DNA from: Candidatus Sungiibacteriota bacterium
Lineage (GTDB): Bacteria > Patescibacteriota > Minisyncoccia > Sungbacterales > SURF-37
Assembly (NCBI GenBank): GCA_016186145.1
Contig: JACPMF010000009.1
Location: forward strand, 17,505 to 81,504
DNA: 64,000 nt
Reading direction: 5' to 3'
Shown here: positions 1 to 11,436 of the stretch, piece by piece
Position numbering within the stretch: position 1 is the stretch's first letter
Layout of the letters: every line of letters begins with the position of its first letter
Translations under genes and position numbers: made by a program
Notes under the pieces: generated by a model
Seen by the model: only the letters and a program-made list of their open reading frames with translations
Databases searched by the model: none
What the model was told of the DNA's origin: nothing

Positions 1-2
1 GC

Positions 3-308
3 ATGGCTGCTTCCGGCGCGGCACTCCTGCTCACGGCAGGCACAAAAGGGAAACGGTTCGCCTTGCCAAACTCAGAAGTGCTGATTCACCAGGTCATGGC
101 CGGCGGCATCGAAGGGCAGGCGGTTGAAATAGAGATCGCTTCACGGCACATCTTGCGGCTCAAGCAAAAACTGAACGAAATTCTTGCCAAACATACCAAC
201 CAGGCGCTCGCGAAAGTCGAAAAAGACACAGACCGCGACTACTACATGAATGCGGAGGAGGCGAAGAAGTACGGGATAATCGATGAGATAATAAAGAAGA
301 AGAAATGA
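3..308 (+). CDS. clpP: ATP-dependent Clp protease proteolytic subunit, C-terminal fragment (5' end outside window)
   Basis: Translation matches the ClpP C-terminus ([11 protein letters not shown]...GQA.EIEI...ILKHT...[20 protein letters not shown]). Confidence 0.85.
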   Translation: MAASGAALLLTAGTKGKRFALPNSEVLIHQVMAGGIEGQAVEIEIASRHILRLKQKLNEILAKHTNQALAKVEKDTDRDYYMNAEEAKKYGIIDEIIKKKK

Positions 309-526
309 AATTTGTATTTACACGGCATGCCGTAGAACGTTGCTCTGAAAGAAATATAAAATTGAAAGATATAAAATATGCGGTAACGTCGCCTGATAAA
401 TTACGCATTGTAGCCGGAGGCGCGATTGAAGCATCAAAATTGATTCGGCAAAAAGTTTTGATCGTACGCTTCGAAATAAACAAAGAAATAAGGAAAATAA
501 TAACAGCATTTTATGAATCCCGTTAG
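305..526 (+). CDS. DUF4258-like small protein (putative toxin of a DUF4258/DUF2283 pair)
   Basis: 73 aa, [10 protein letters not shown] motif typical of DUF4258; the start overlaps the clpP stop. The TAG stop is supplied by the left terminus of an inserted hairpin element. Confidence 0.45.
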   Translation: MKFVFTRHAVERCSERNIKLKDIKYAVTSPDKLRIVAGGAIEASKLIRQKVLIVRFEINKEIRKIITAFYESR

Positions 527-678
527 AAGTCCTGCCTGTCGGCCTGCCTGCCGGTAGGCAGGCGGGCAGGCGCGATCACTTCTTAAACCATACGGGGTTC
601 ATAAGATATTAAAGGGATTAGAAATTTATTACGCAGACGGCGATCGTTTGATCGCGATCTGCTTCTAACGGGATGAAG
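513..678. mobile_element. MITE-like hairpin element, copy F (termini aTGAAtcccgttagaag ... cttctaacgggATGAAg)
   Basis: 16-17 bp inverted termini flanked by the direct repeat ATGAA. The interior carries the GC palindrome cctgcctgccggtaggcaggcgggcagg. The same termini recur at 19365, 30117 and 52118. Confidence 0.55.
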
Positions 679-894
679 ATTAGATACGATAAAGAGGCCG
701 ATGCGATTTACATTCGCATAAAATCGGCAAAAATAAAAAAAACAGTAAAAATAGAAGCCGATATTTTGGCAGACTTTGATGAAAAGGGAAATACCTGCGG
801 CATAGAGATTCTTAATGCTTCAAAACAGCTCCCAACAAAAGAGCGCAGTGTTGAAATTGGGAAAAGAAAAATGCCTATTCCGGCTTTTGCTTAA
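673..894 (+). CDS. DUF2283-like small protein (putative antitoxin partner)
   Basis: MKIRYDKEADAIYIRI... is the classic DUF2283 N-terminal motif. Its ATG lies in the duplicated target site of element F. Confidence 0.5.
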   Translation: MKIRYDKEADAIYIRIKSAKIKKTVKIEADILADFDEKGNTCGIEILNASKQLPTKERSVEIGKRKMPIPAFA

Positions 895-1080
895 AAGTAA
901 CGCTCGCTACCCTAAAATTTTAAGGGGTTGCTCGCTTTGGCTAGTAAACACAAATATTATAGTATGGTTCTCACGTTTTGCGACGAAAAACTACGACATC
1001 TGATCCCCTTTACAACTTCTTGACATTTTGTTAAAGTAATGACACATAAATAACATTCTTTGACACCAGGAGAAAACTGC

Positions 1081-1353
1081 ATGACCGAATATGGAAAGCG
1101 GAAACTGCTCTGGCTATCTATCTTTTTACTGCTTGTAAGCGTGTTTTTCTGGTTGGAAGAGCGTGGAGCTCCTGGCTGGAAAACTGGCGTGGCCTTTCTA
1201 TCAATGGCTGTTGTTGCTACTATTGATTTTTACCTTGAAAAGAGCAAAGCATTCAGACTTTCCTATGCTGCTTTCTCTCTATTCTTTTTGGGTTATGCAC
1301 TTTTCTATCTATTCTCTTTGCTTTATGCAATCAAAAACTTCCTGGCCAATTAA
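1081..1353 (+). CDS. small integral membrane protein
   Basis: AGGAGA RBS 7 nt before the ATG at 1081. Two or three hydrophobic helices. Followed by a long poly-T tract (1360-1378). Confidence 0.4.
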   Translation: MTEYGKRKLLWLSIFLLLVSVFFWLEERGAPGWKTGVAFLSMAVVATIDFYLEKSKAFRLSYAAFSLFFLGYALFYLFSLLYAIKNFLAN

Positions 1354-1742
1354 GGGCCTTTTTTTTTTTTTTTTTTCTTTATCCGCCAATACTCCGCGTC
1401 TCTGCCGGAACCGGAGCCTTTTTTGGCATTTTTGCGCATTAATTCTGCCGGATATTTCTTTTCGACGTAATCAAGCTTCCTGTTGACAGTGCCCGCCGTA
1501 TCGATATCCAAAAGGACCGCCATCTGGATGGCGTAAATCAAAACATCGGCCAATTCCTTTTTCACCTCATCTACCAACTCTTTGCTTCGCCGTACCTTCT
1601 CCAATTCGAGATTTTCCCATTGGAACAGCTCAAGAAGCTCGGCACCCTCGATCATAATTGATTTCGCCAAATCAGAAGGCCGAAGGTGGTTCCAGCCCCT
1701 TTCTTGAAGAAAGCGTTTAATCCTTTTCTCTAATTTTTCCAT
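1350..1742 (-). CDS. MazG-like nucleotide pyrophosphohydrolase
   Basis: All-alpha MazG signature (EE..EL.E...W.......EL.DVLIY.I..A..L.ID.......K...N..KYP). Confidence 0.6.
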   Translation of the reverse strand: MEKLEKRIKRFLQERGWNHLRPSDLAKSIMIEGAELLELFQWENLELEKVRRSKELVDEVKKELADVLIYAIQMAVLLDIDTAGTVNRKLDYVEKKYPAELMRKNAKKGSGSGRDAEYWRIKKKKKKKGP

Positions 1743-1793
1743 TTTTTATTCGGCCAGTTATTGATTTGTAATTTGGACTTTGTAATTTGGAAT

Positions 1794-2309
1794 TTAGGTT
1801 AAGTACCCCATCTCCTTGAGAACCTTTTCAAAAAGGCCGATTGCTTGCGCGGCGCGGTGCTTGCTGACCGTACGATCCGGAGAGTGGGCGATATCGTTTC
1901 GAACGCGATGCGCCTCCCATAAATCGTCAAGCGAAGAAAGGCGCCCTTTGTCCAAAGTACGCATACGCTCTCCCATTGTTTCACCAACAAGCCCCATTTC
2001 TTTCAAAATACTATCAACGATTGAATCCGCCTGAATAACGGCAAGATTCCAATCGGCAGGATTTTCCGACCCGAGTTTTTTAAGAACCTGCTGCCACGGC
2101 TCTTTCATGGCATTCGGCGCTACGGCTTTATCGCCGGTTTTTGCAAATCGCGGTTTGCTGTAAGGCGAGATCTTCCTCACAATAACAACCATTGCGGCAA
2201 TGAGTCCAAGGGAAACAAGCGCGGAAATAGTCCGCGCCCAAAAGAGAAAGCGGGGCCAGTCATAAACAGTGAAGTATTCAATTATGCGATAGTAAAAATC
2301 GGAAAGCAT
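1794..2309 (-). CDS. membrane-anchored protein with HEPN/DUF4145-like C-terminus
   Basis: N-terminal TM segment. The C-terminal LSSLDDLWEAHRVRNDIAHS fits an Rx4-6H HEPN-like motif. Confidence 0.35.
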   Translation of the reverse strand: MLSDFYYRIIEYFTVYDWPRFLFWARTISALVSLGLIAAMVVIVRKISPYSKPRFAKTGDKAVAPNAMKEPWQQVLKKLGSENPADWNLAVIQADSIVDSILKEMGLVGETMGERMRTLDKGRLSSLDDLWEAHRVRNDIAHSPDRTVSKHRAAQAIGLFEKVLKEMGYLT

Positions 2310-2333
2310 ACTTTAAAACTTTAACCAGTTGAA

Positions 2334-3803
2334 TCAACTCTTCCGGCCCTGCTCAAACGTATATGCCGCTGACAGGATAGTTGTCTCATCAAACCACTTC
2401 CCGATAAACTGCAACCCGACCGGAAGGTTCTTTTCTTCGCGCTCAACCGTTCCGCAGGGAAGGGATAGCGCCGGAATACCGGCCAAATTTACCGCAACCG
2501 TATAGATATCAGCCAGATACATCTGCAACGGGTTTGCCGTTCGCTCCCCAAGGCGAAACGCAGGCGTCGGCGACGTCGGCCCGACAATAATATCAACCGT
2601 TCGAAAAGCGCTCTTAAAGTCCTCTTGGATCAGGCGTCTCACCTGCTGGGCTTTGTTGTAATAAGCGTCATAATAACCCGCAGAAAGCGCATAGGTGCCG
2701 AGCATGATTCTTCGTTTAACTTCTGCGCTAAAACCGTCTGCTCGTGTTTTTGCGTAAACTTCATATAAATTTTCCGCGTCTGTCCGCGATTGAGAGTGTC
2801 CGCATCTGTCCGCGATTGAGAATCCGTATCTTATGCCGTCGAACCTCGCGAGATTAGCAGAAACCTCTGCAGGCATAACCAAATAATAAACCGGGAGAGC
2901 AAGACGCGCATGCGGTAAACTTATTTCCTGAACTTCCGCGCCGAGGCGAGTTAACTCCGCAATGGCCTGATGTATTCGCGCCCCCACATCACCCTCCAAG
3001 CCCTCACCAAAATACTCTTTCGGAACGCCCACTTTTAACCCACGGAGCGACCCTCTTCTGTCTAATACAAACGGTTTCGTCTCGACTGTTGTCGCATCAT
3101 AACGGTCGCGCCCCCGAATTGCTTCGAAAAGAAGCGAAGCATCCTCAACGGTCTTAGTGATCGGGCCAATCTGGTCCAAAGAAGATGCCATAGCAATGAG
3201 GCCGTGCCGCGATACTCCCCCATAGGTTGGCTTTAAGCCGACCACGCCGCAAAAAGAAGCCGGCTGACGGATTGAACCACCCGTATCTGACCCGAGCGCT
3301 GCCAGGGCAAGATCCGCGGCAACCGCAGCCGCGGACCCTCCGGAAGACCCCCCCGGGACTCGTCCCAAATCATACGGGTTTCTGGTCGGCCCAAAAGCTG
3401 AATTCTCGGTAGACGATCCCATTGCAAATTCGTCCAAATTTGTTTTTCCCAAAAATACCGCTCCCGCATGTTTTAATTTTTCTATCACCGTAGCGCTGTA
3501 TGAAGCGATATATGGTTCAAGAATTTTTGACCCGGCCGTTGTCTTTGTTCCGCGAATAAGTATGTTGTCTTTTACCGCAATCGGCATGCCCATCACCGTG
3601 GTATCGATTTCTTCGGCGCCGATTTTTTCATCGATGCCATCCGCCTGTCGCAGCGCCTCTTCTTCAAAAACGTCAAGATAAGCACGAATTTCTTCATTCT
3701 TACCTTTGATATTTTTAAGATAATGCGAAACAACCTCTCGACAGGAGAATTTTTTTGCTTTTAAGCCAGAAACAATTTTTGTGATAGTAAGATTTTCCAC
3801 CAA
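2334..3803 (-). CDS. gatA: Asp-tRNA(Asn)/Glu-tRNA(Gln) amidotransferase subunit A
   Basis: Amidase signature GGSSGGSAAAVAA...GSDTGGSIRQPA and full-length collinearity with GatA. Contains a 17-bp direct repeat (2779-2795 / 2805-2821) that encodes a ~9-aa insertion. Confidence 0.92.
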   Translation of the reverse strand: MVENLTITKIVSGLKAKKFSCREVVSHYLKNIKGKNEEIRAYLDVFEEEALRQADGIDEKIGAEEIDTTVMGMPIAVKDNILIRGTKTTAGSKILEPYIASYSATVIEKLKHAGAVFLGKTNLDEFAMGSSTENSAFGPTRNPYDLGRVPGGSSGGSAAAVAADLALAALGSDTGGSIRQPASFCGVVGLKPTYGGVSRHGLIAMASSLDQIGPITKTVEDASLLFEAIRGRDRYDATTVETKPFVLDRRGSLRGLKVGVPKEYFGEGLEGDVGARIHQAIAELTRLGAEVQEISLPHARLALPVYYLVMPAEVSANLARFDGIRYGFSIADRCGHSQSRTDAENLYEVYAKTRADGFSAEVKRRIMLGTYALSAGYYDAYYNKAQQVRRLIQEDFKSAFRTVDIIVGPTSPTPAFRLGERTANPLQMYLADIYTVAVNLAGIPALSLPCGTVEREEKNLPVGLQFIGKWFDETTILSAAYTFEQGRKS

Positions 3804-3885
3804 AGCTTCATTAACTTATTAGCTTCTTTGACTTAATTAGTTTCCGGCAATCCTAAAAACTAATGCAGCTATAAGCTAAAAGCTT

Positions 3886-4191
3886 TTAAAACACTGACGG
3901 CACCTCAATCCACCCTTTGTCCTTTTTCGGTGCCGCATCAACCAACTCTGCCGGGCTGCCGAAGGGAGCTATTTCCTCGTCCTCTCTCGACCCGTCCTCA
4001 AGCGTAATCAACAAACCCTCTTTAAGGCCACCGGCAAGGGGCAAAATGCCGGAAGTATCAACTTCGCTCAATTGATTAACAAAATCCAAAATTCCGTCGA
4101 GGTCTTTTTCAAACTTTTCAACCTCTCCCTCCGTTAACTCAATACGGGCAAGTTTGGCTATATGTTTTACGTCTTTGGCGTTTATTGACAT
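3886..4191 (-). CDS. gatC: Asp/Glu-tRNA amidotransferase subunit C
   Basis: ~100 aa; the N-terminus (VKHIAKLARIELTEGEVEKF..DL..IL.FV.QL) matches GatC. Sits directly downstream of gatA. Confidence 0.85.
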   Translation of the reverse strand: MSINAKDVKHIAKLARIELTEGEVEKFEKDLDGILDFVNQLSEVDTSGILPLAGGLKEGLLITLEDGSREDEEIAPFGSPAELVDAAPKKDKGWIEVPSVF

Positions 4192-4260
4192 AGGTTAAAA
4201 TATCCATTACTTTTAATATACAGTACTTTAAACTTTAATATATCAAATGAGGAGGGTGTA

Positions 4261-6679
<2,419 letters not shown>

Positions 6680-6713
6680 TTATCCGCATGAAGCGAAGCG
6701 ATCTGCTTCTAAA

Positions 6714-7199
6714 TTATTCTCCCCCACCCCCTCTATAACTCGTAGAAAAAGCCCTCCGCACTGCGAATGTCCCGCCGCCGCAGTCGAATTCGCCGGTCGC
6801 GGCAAGCGTCACGTCATATATCGGCGGATCGGAGCTTACCTCAATTTTGTCGGCGCGAAGCCGATAACAGGCGCCGCTCGGAAGCGTTACCCACCCTGAG
6901 TCATAACAATTTGATCCGGGTCCGGGGAGAGGAAAACAAAAAGGATTTTCTCCCCGATCGTCATAAAGACCTTTTTCGATTGCCTCGTCAGCAGCATAAA
7001 GCGCAACGAAAGAATCGGCAATCTCGCCTGATATGCGAAGTTCCGTAAAGACGACGGTGAAAATGCCGATGGAAATGGAAAGCAACGCGGTAAGAATAAG
7101 GATTACGAGAAGAAGAGTGATACCGCTCGGTGTTGAGAAATTAACTGGGCTACGCCAACTTCTTAGTTTCTTAATTTCTTTATTTCTTAATTTCTTCAT
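6714..7199 (-). CDS. pilus-associated protein with non-canonical pilin-like N-terminal helix
   Basis: Charged leader then PSG|ITLLLVILILTALL hydrophobic helix without the +5 Glu. Last gene of the pilin-like operon. Confidence 0.35.
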   Translation of the reverse strand: MKKLRNKEIKKLRSWRSPVNFSTPSGITLLLVILILTALLSISIGIFTVVFTELRISGEIADSFVALYAADEAIEKGLYDDRGENPFCFPLPGPGSNCYDSGWVTLPSGACYRLRADKIEVSSDPPIYDVTLAATGEFDCGGGTFAVRRAFSTSYRGGGGE

Positions 7200-7201
7200 G
7201 G

Positions 7202-7825
7202 TTATAGGTCGCGCTGACGGGCGGTTACCGTAGTCTGAATCTCGAAATCGGTTTCGAGCCGGACTGTGGAACTCACCGACCGCGCTTCAATCACAATGGT
7301 TACTCGGGGCTGGCCGTCCGAGGGGCCTAATACCTGTCCAACGACATAGAAAAATAATTTGCCAACGGCAACGGCTGACGAAGTCATAGCCGACCCCAGA
7401 CCGCAGTCGCCAATAACGGGACTCTGTCTTTTTATCGCGCCATCCTCAAAACAATACAAAACAGAAGTGCCCTCTTGCCGAGTAAATCTTAACTGGCTGC
7501 AACCGGCCGTCCCGCAGCCACCAACCAAAAAATCGGAACCGGTTCTTATCTCTTTTGCCATAAATTCGAACGTAAAACGAACGTTATCCTGAATATTTTG
7601 AATGTTTGAAGCCTTTACCTGAGCCTGATTGATTGAAAGCATGGCACCGACAGCAATAACAATAACCACGGAAAAAATACCGGTGGAAATGAGCATCTCC
7701 AAAAGCGTAAATCCATGCCCGAATTCTGAATTCTGAATTCTGAATGCTAAACATCGCCGCCTCGTTTTGCGTAAGACGGATAGATTTTTGCAATTATTCA
7801 GCATTTGGCATTTATAATTCAGCAT
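7202..7825 (-). CDS. type IV pilin-like protein (prepilin, G|FTLLEM)
   Basis: Class III signal ...GHG|FTLLEMLISTGIFSVVIV. Start chosen at the ATG with a GGAGAT RBS at 7823-7825. The upstream part of the frame is made of a GAATTCT x3 tandem repeat. Confidence 0.6.
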   Translation of the reverse strand: MLNYKCQMLNNCKNLSVLRKTRRRCLAFRIQNSEFGHGFTLLEMLISTGIFSVVIVIAVGAMLSINQAQVKASNIQNIQDNVRFTFEFMAKEIRTGSDFLVGGCGTAGCSQLRFTRQEGTSVLYCFEDGAIKRQSPVIGDCGLGSAMTSSAVAVGKLFFYVVGQVLGPSDGQPRVTIVIEARSVSSTVRLETDFEIQTTVTARQRDL

Positions 7826-7830
7826 TTTTA

Positions 7831-8328
7831 TTATCTCCAATTATACAATGTCTCCCGCAAAGTCATTTCTCGCGGAACGCCGCCTTCCATCCACGTCACA
7901 TGGCTTACCACAGTTATCTGGTCGGGTCCCGGCTTTGTTATAGAAACTCTTCGAATAAATAGCGTTTCTTCTCCGGTTGTATAATTATAAAGTCCGGTAT
8001 CGCTATCGCGAAGCAGTTTGGCGCTGACGAAAGGAGAAAAGTCGGAAGACAAAATATCAACCTGCCAGTCCCCGATACCAAGCCCAACATCCCATTCCCT
8101 GTCTGCAAGAACATTGTCATCACGAATCTTCCGCACCAGCTCCATTCCCTCTTGGGCAAGATTCGCAGAGACGAGGCGGCTCCGCGCAAACTTCGCGCTG
8201 AAAATCCCGCGGGTGGCAAGCGTAATCGGACCCGCCATAGCAGTCAAAATAACCGCAAGCGCTACAATGGTTTCAAGCAACGTAAACCCTTTTTTTGAAA
8301 TTCCAAATCCTCCCGATGGCAAAGCCAT
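7831..8328 (-). CDS. type IV pilin-like protein (prepilin, KKG|FTLLET)
   Basis: MALPSGGFGISKKG|FTLLETIVALAVIL, GAGGA RBS. The track ORF continues upstream through AT-rich CAAATTC-type repeats that are probably non-coding. Confidence 0.6.
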   Translation of the reverse strand: MALPSGGFGISKKGFTLLETIVALAVILTAMAGPITLATRGIFSAKFARSRLVSANLAQEGMELVRKIRDDNVLADREWDVGLGIGDWQVDILSSDFSPFVSAKLLRDSDTGLYNYTTGEETLFIRRVSITKPGPDQITVVSHVTWMEGGVPREMTLRETLYNWR

Positions 8329-8480
8329 CGAGGATCCTCGATGAAATCGGGACAAATTACAAATTCCAAACAAATTCAAAATTCGAAATCCTAAATTCAA
8401 AACACGTGTTTTGAATTTGGTGTTTTGACCATTAGAATTTGCTTGTGATTTGTGGTTTGTGGTTTGTGGTTTTTCCACGT

Positions 8481-9080
8481 TTATTCAATTGAAATTTGCC
8501 CGGTTATATGGATACGCACTCGACGCATCAACTCACCGCCGGGAGCTTGAACGCCGACGGAGACAAACTGGCCGATTGAATCCGACTCATTATAGAGAGT
8601 CGTTTCGGCGCTCGGCGTAGTGAAAACGATATTAATAGCACCCTGACTCCGTCCACCATCGTCAAAAATGTCAACGATCCGCACCCCTCGGTCAAACCCG
8701 AATTCCTGAATGATAATATCCGAAGCATCATAAATATGGTTCACATTTAAGTCGGCAAAGCTAAAAAAAACTCCGGGAGCGGTAAGGTCTGCGTGAATAC
8801 CCACCGCACGCGGGATAATCGGCCCTTCGGGACCCTCAACCGTTCGAACCGCAAGCGCCTGATTCTGGGTTTGGCGCAAGGCAAGGGCAAAACGCTGCGC
8901 TGATATTTGCGTGCTAATGCTTCCCAGGGTGCTGGGAAAACTAACAAGCACCGCAGAAGAAATCAACGTTATGATGGCAAGCATTATGACAATTTCAACC
9001 ATAGTAAACCCGGTTCGCTCACGCTCAAAGGCAAAAGGCAAAAGGCAAAAGGCAAAATTGTGTTGTTTTGCCTGCGGCAT
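8481..9080 (-). CDS. type IV pilin-like protein (prepilin, RTG|FTMVEI)
   Basis: ERERTG|FTMVEIVIMLAIITLISS. The start is ambiguous (Met at 9080, 9122 or track start 9176). The leader region contains a GGCAAAA x4 tandem repeat. Confidence 0.5.
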   Translation of the reverse strand: MPQAKQHNFAFCLLPFAFERERTGFTMVEIVIMLAIITLISSAVLVSFPSTLGSISTQISAQRFALALRQTQNQALAVRTVEGPEGPIIPRAVGIHADLTAPGVFFSFADLNVNHIYDASDIIIQEFGFDRGVRIVDIFDDGGRSQGAINIVFTTPSAETTLYNESDSIGQFVSVGVQAPGGELMRRVRIHITGQISIE

Positions 9081-9222
9081 ATGGACTTTAACATCCGGCA
9101 CTTTTGAATTTTTATTTGTCATTTTGACTTTTGAGTTTTGAATTCTCGCCTTCCTTATTATACAGTGCCTGACCATAACAAAAAAGCGGCCGATAGAGCC
9201 GCCTGACTCAAAAAGCTGTTTG

Positions 9223-9654
9223 CTACTCGTACTTCACTAGGACCTTATCTCCCCCAGAAACAGGGACATCGAGAATCAGGCGTTCCTCCTGAAAACCATT
9301 GAGGTACCACTTCCATTGCTTCTCGCCGGGACGCACTCCGTCTATATCGGCGATGTCGCCGGTAAGAGTAACCTTCAACGAAAACCCCCCGGCAGCCTGG
9401 GACGCCTGAAGGGCTTCAAACGCCGTTATCGGCGCTAAAATCTTCCCCTCAAAAGCCCGCCTCTTACCGTCACCAAAATCTACCGTAACCCGTACAAATG
9501 AATTTTTTTCTTTAAAAACGGCCGGTATAGTTTGCGAATAAGAAAGGAAATCATTATTAAACGATTCATTTAAAATGAAAATGAAAGCGACCGCTCCCAA
9601 AAAGACGGCAAAAAGGATCGCCCACCGAAAAGAAGATTTTTGAAGAAACTGCAT
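9223..9654 (-). CDS. membrane-anchored hypothetical protein
   Basis: N-terminal signal/TM (WAILFAVFLGAVAFIFIL) followed by a soluble domain. Sits between pilD and the minor pilins. Confidence 0.4.
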   Translation of the reverse strand: MQFLQKSSFRWAILFAVFLGAVAFIFILNESFNNDFLSYSQTIPAVFKEKNSFVRVTVDFGDGKRRAFEGKILAPITAFEALQASQAAGGFSLKVTLTGDIADIDGVRPGEKQWKWYLNGFQEERLILDVPVSGGDKVLVKYE

Positions 9655-9740
9655 GGCAGGGAAACCAAAAATTAGTTCCTCACTCCTTCCATTTTACCGC
9701 CGCAAAAACGGAAAACAATCCCTTTTGTGCACAGGCCCCT

Positions 9741-10571
9741 TCAAATATTCAAATAATTCCATATTAGAGCATCTCCCCACCAAAGCGCCAGAAGCGCTCC
9801 CGCGGCCAGAAACGGCCCGAAGGGAATTTTGCTTTTCATCTTTGCGGCGCCAAAAATAATCAGAGAAACACCGACAACCGCTCCGATCCAAAACGACAGG
9901 AGAAGCGCTACTGCCCCCTTTGCCGCCCCAAGAAAAAGAACAATTGTCGGCGCTAACTCGGCATCTCCGAAACCAAGCGCGCGTCCTTTTGAAAAATAAA
10001 AAATGGCAAAAAAGAAAAAGAAAACAGCAGCAGCCGTCACAATAGTCCATGAAGCATCAGCAAGCGGCTGCCCCAGAAGCCATCCGAAAAAAACTCCCGC
10101 CGCGGAAAGCGCGAAAAACGGAATCATAAGCGCCGGCGCAATAATAAATGTCCGCCAATCGTAAACCGCAATACCGATAAGCAAAAAAACAATAACCAAA
10201 TAAAAAACAAGACCAAACGCAAATGAAACCTCGGTATATGAAGATGATAGGAACGGGGAAAACGGAAAATTTAAAAAAAGAACCTCTTTATAGCGAAGAT
10301 AAGTAAGAAAAAAAGAGCCGGCGGTCAACAATTCGACAATTGGATACCGCCACGAGATTGATTCGTGGCAAGACCGACACTTGCCGCCAAGAACAAGAAA
10401 ACTGAGAACGGGAATTAACTCACTCCATTGAAGGACATGTTTGCAAGAGACGCAGTGCGAACGGCCCCATAAAATCGATTCACTGCTTCCGAGACGGAAA
10501 ACAATAACATTCAAAAAACTGCCGGCGGCAAGACCAAGAAGAATGATGCCCATGGCGAACATGATATCCAT
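9741..10571 (-). CDS. pilD: prepilin peptidase (A24 family)
   Basis: N-terminal CxxC...CxxC zinc motif, multi-TM, GFGDAELA-like catalytic region. Confidence 0.85.
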   Translation of the reverse strand: MDIMFAMGIILLGLAAGSFLNVIVFRLGSSESILWGRSHCVSCKHVLQWSELIPVLSFLVLGGKCRSCHESISWRYPIVELLTAGSFFLTYLRYKEVLFLNFPFSPFLSSSYTEVSFAFGLVFYLVIVFLLIGIAVYDWRTFIIAPALMIPFFALSAAGVFFGWLLGQPLADASWTIVTAAAVFFFFFAIFYFSKGRALGFGDAELAPTIVLFLGAAKGAVALLLSFWIGAVVGVSLIIFGAAKMKSKIPFGPFLAAGALLALWWGDALIWNYLNI

Positions 10572-10749
10572 GATGTTAGTATATTATACCGGAATTTAAA
10601 CGTCGAATCATGAATAATGAATTATGAATACGAAAGAGCCCCGATTTCTAATTCATAATTCATTATTCAACATCTGGATTTCGATAAAAAAATCTCCCAC
10701 CCCGCGAGGTGAGAGATCGCATTAGTTACCAGTAGCCAGCTACCAATAC

Positions 10750-11217
10750 TTACGGCGTCACATCATAGCAGTACCGGCTCGCCACGTCGGTACAGCCGTC
10801 AGCATCAGACCCTTCAATCGTATCGCCGCCGGTGCACGATGAGGTATCCAAATCCCGATCGCTTGCAAGCGGCCCGCCTGTTAAACTCTCTTCCAAGTCA
10901 GCGCCAAGGTGATAACTAGTAGTGCTTAACTGGCAATATCGATATGCTCCGGTCAGCGGATCGGCGGGAACAGCCGGCATGAATGTTGGCGCAAGCGAGC
11001 TTGAGAGCGCGCCGGATGCCGGATATGCCCGGTTTGAATCAAAATAAAGCTCTAAGGCAAGCTGGATTTGCTTAATATCCGCAACTCTTCTGGCATCGCG
11101 CGATTTTCTGCGAGCGCTGTTTAACGAAGCGAGAACAATTGAAGCAAGAACGCCGATAATGGCAATAACGACCAAAAGCTCAATGAGCGTAAACCCCTTT
11201 TTCATTCTTAGGGACAT
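10750..11217 (-). CDS. pilA: type IV major pilin
   Basis: MKKGFTLIELLVVIAIIGVLASIVL is the canonical T4a pilin N-terminus; a Cys pair near the C-terminus. Confidence 0.8.
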   Translation of the reverse strand: MSLRMKKGFTLIELLVVIAIIGVLASIVLASLNSARRKSRDARRVADIKQIQLALELYFDSNRAYPASGALSSSLAPTFMPAVPADPLTGAYRYCQLSTTSYHLGADLEESLTGGPLASDRDLDTSSCTGGDTIEGSDADGCTDVASRYCYDVTP

Positions 11218-11436
11218 AGAATTTTTAAAAAATTTACGGATAAATAAAATTATAAACCTGTTGACCTTAATACCTCCCTAGTATACCCCTGTACAGCAAA
11301 CCAAAGCAAAGAGCCAGTTATCCACACCCGTTCGCTAACGCTCCACCAGCGAATGACGAATCCTTTACGAATTTACGAATAATAACGGGCTCCAATTCGT
11401 ATATTCGCGACTGATTCGCAATTCGTTGATATTTAC

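Noticed and set aside
513-678. Integron attC-site interpretation of the CCCGTTAGA hairpin elements
   Set aside because: The conserved termini read GTTAGA...TCTAAC on both strands, the reverse of attC (RYYYAAC...GTTRRRY). No intI-like gene or attI/Pc is present, and the 5-bp flanking duplications fit transposition rather than site-specific cassette recombination.
7719-9062. CRISPR array made of the short tandem repeats (GAATTCT, GGCAAAA, TGTGGTT)
   Set aside because: Units are 7 nt and have no spacers, and there are no cas genes; these are microsatellite-like repeats in pilin leaders.
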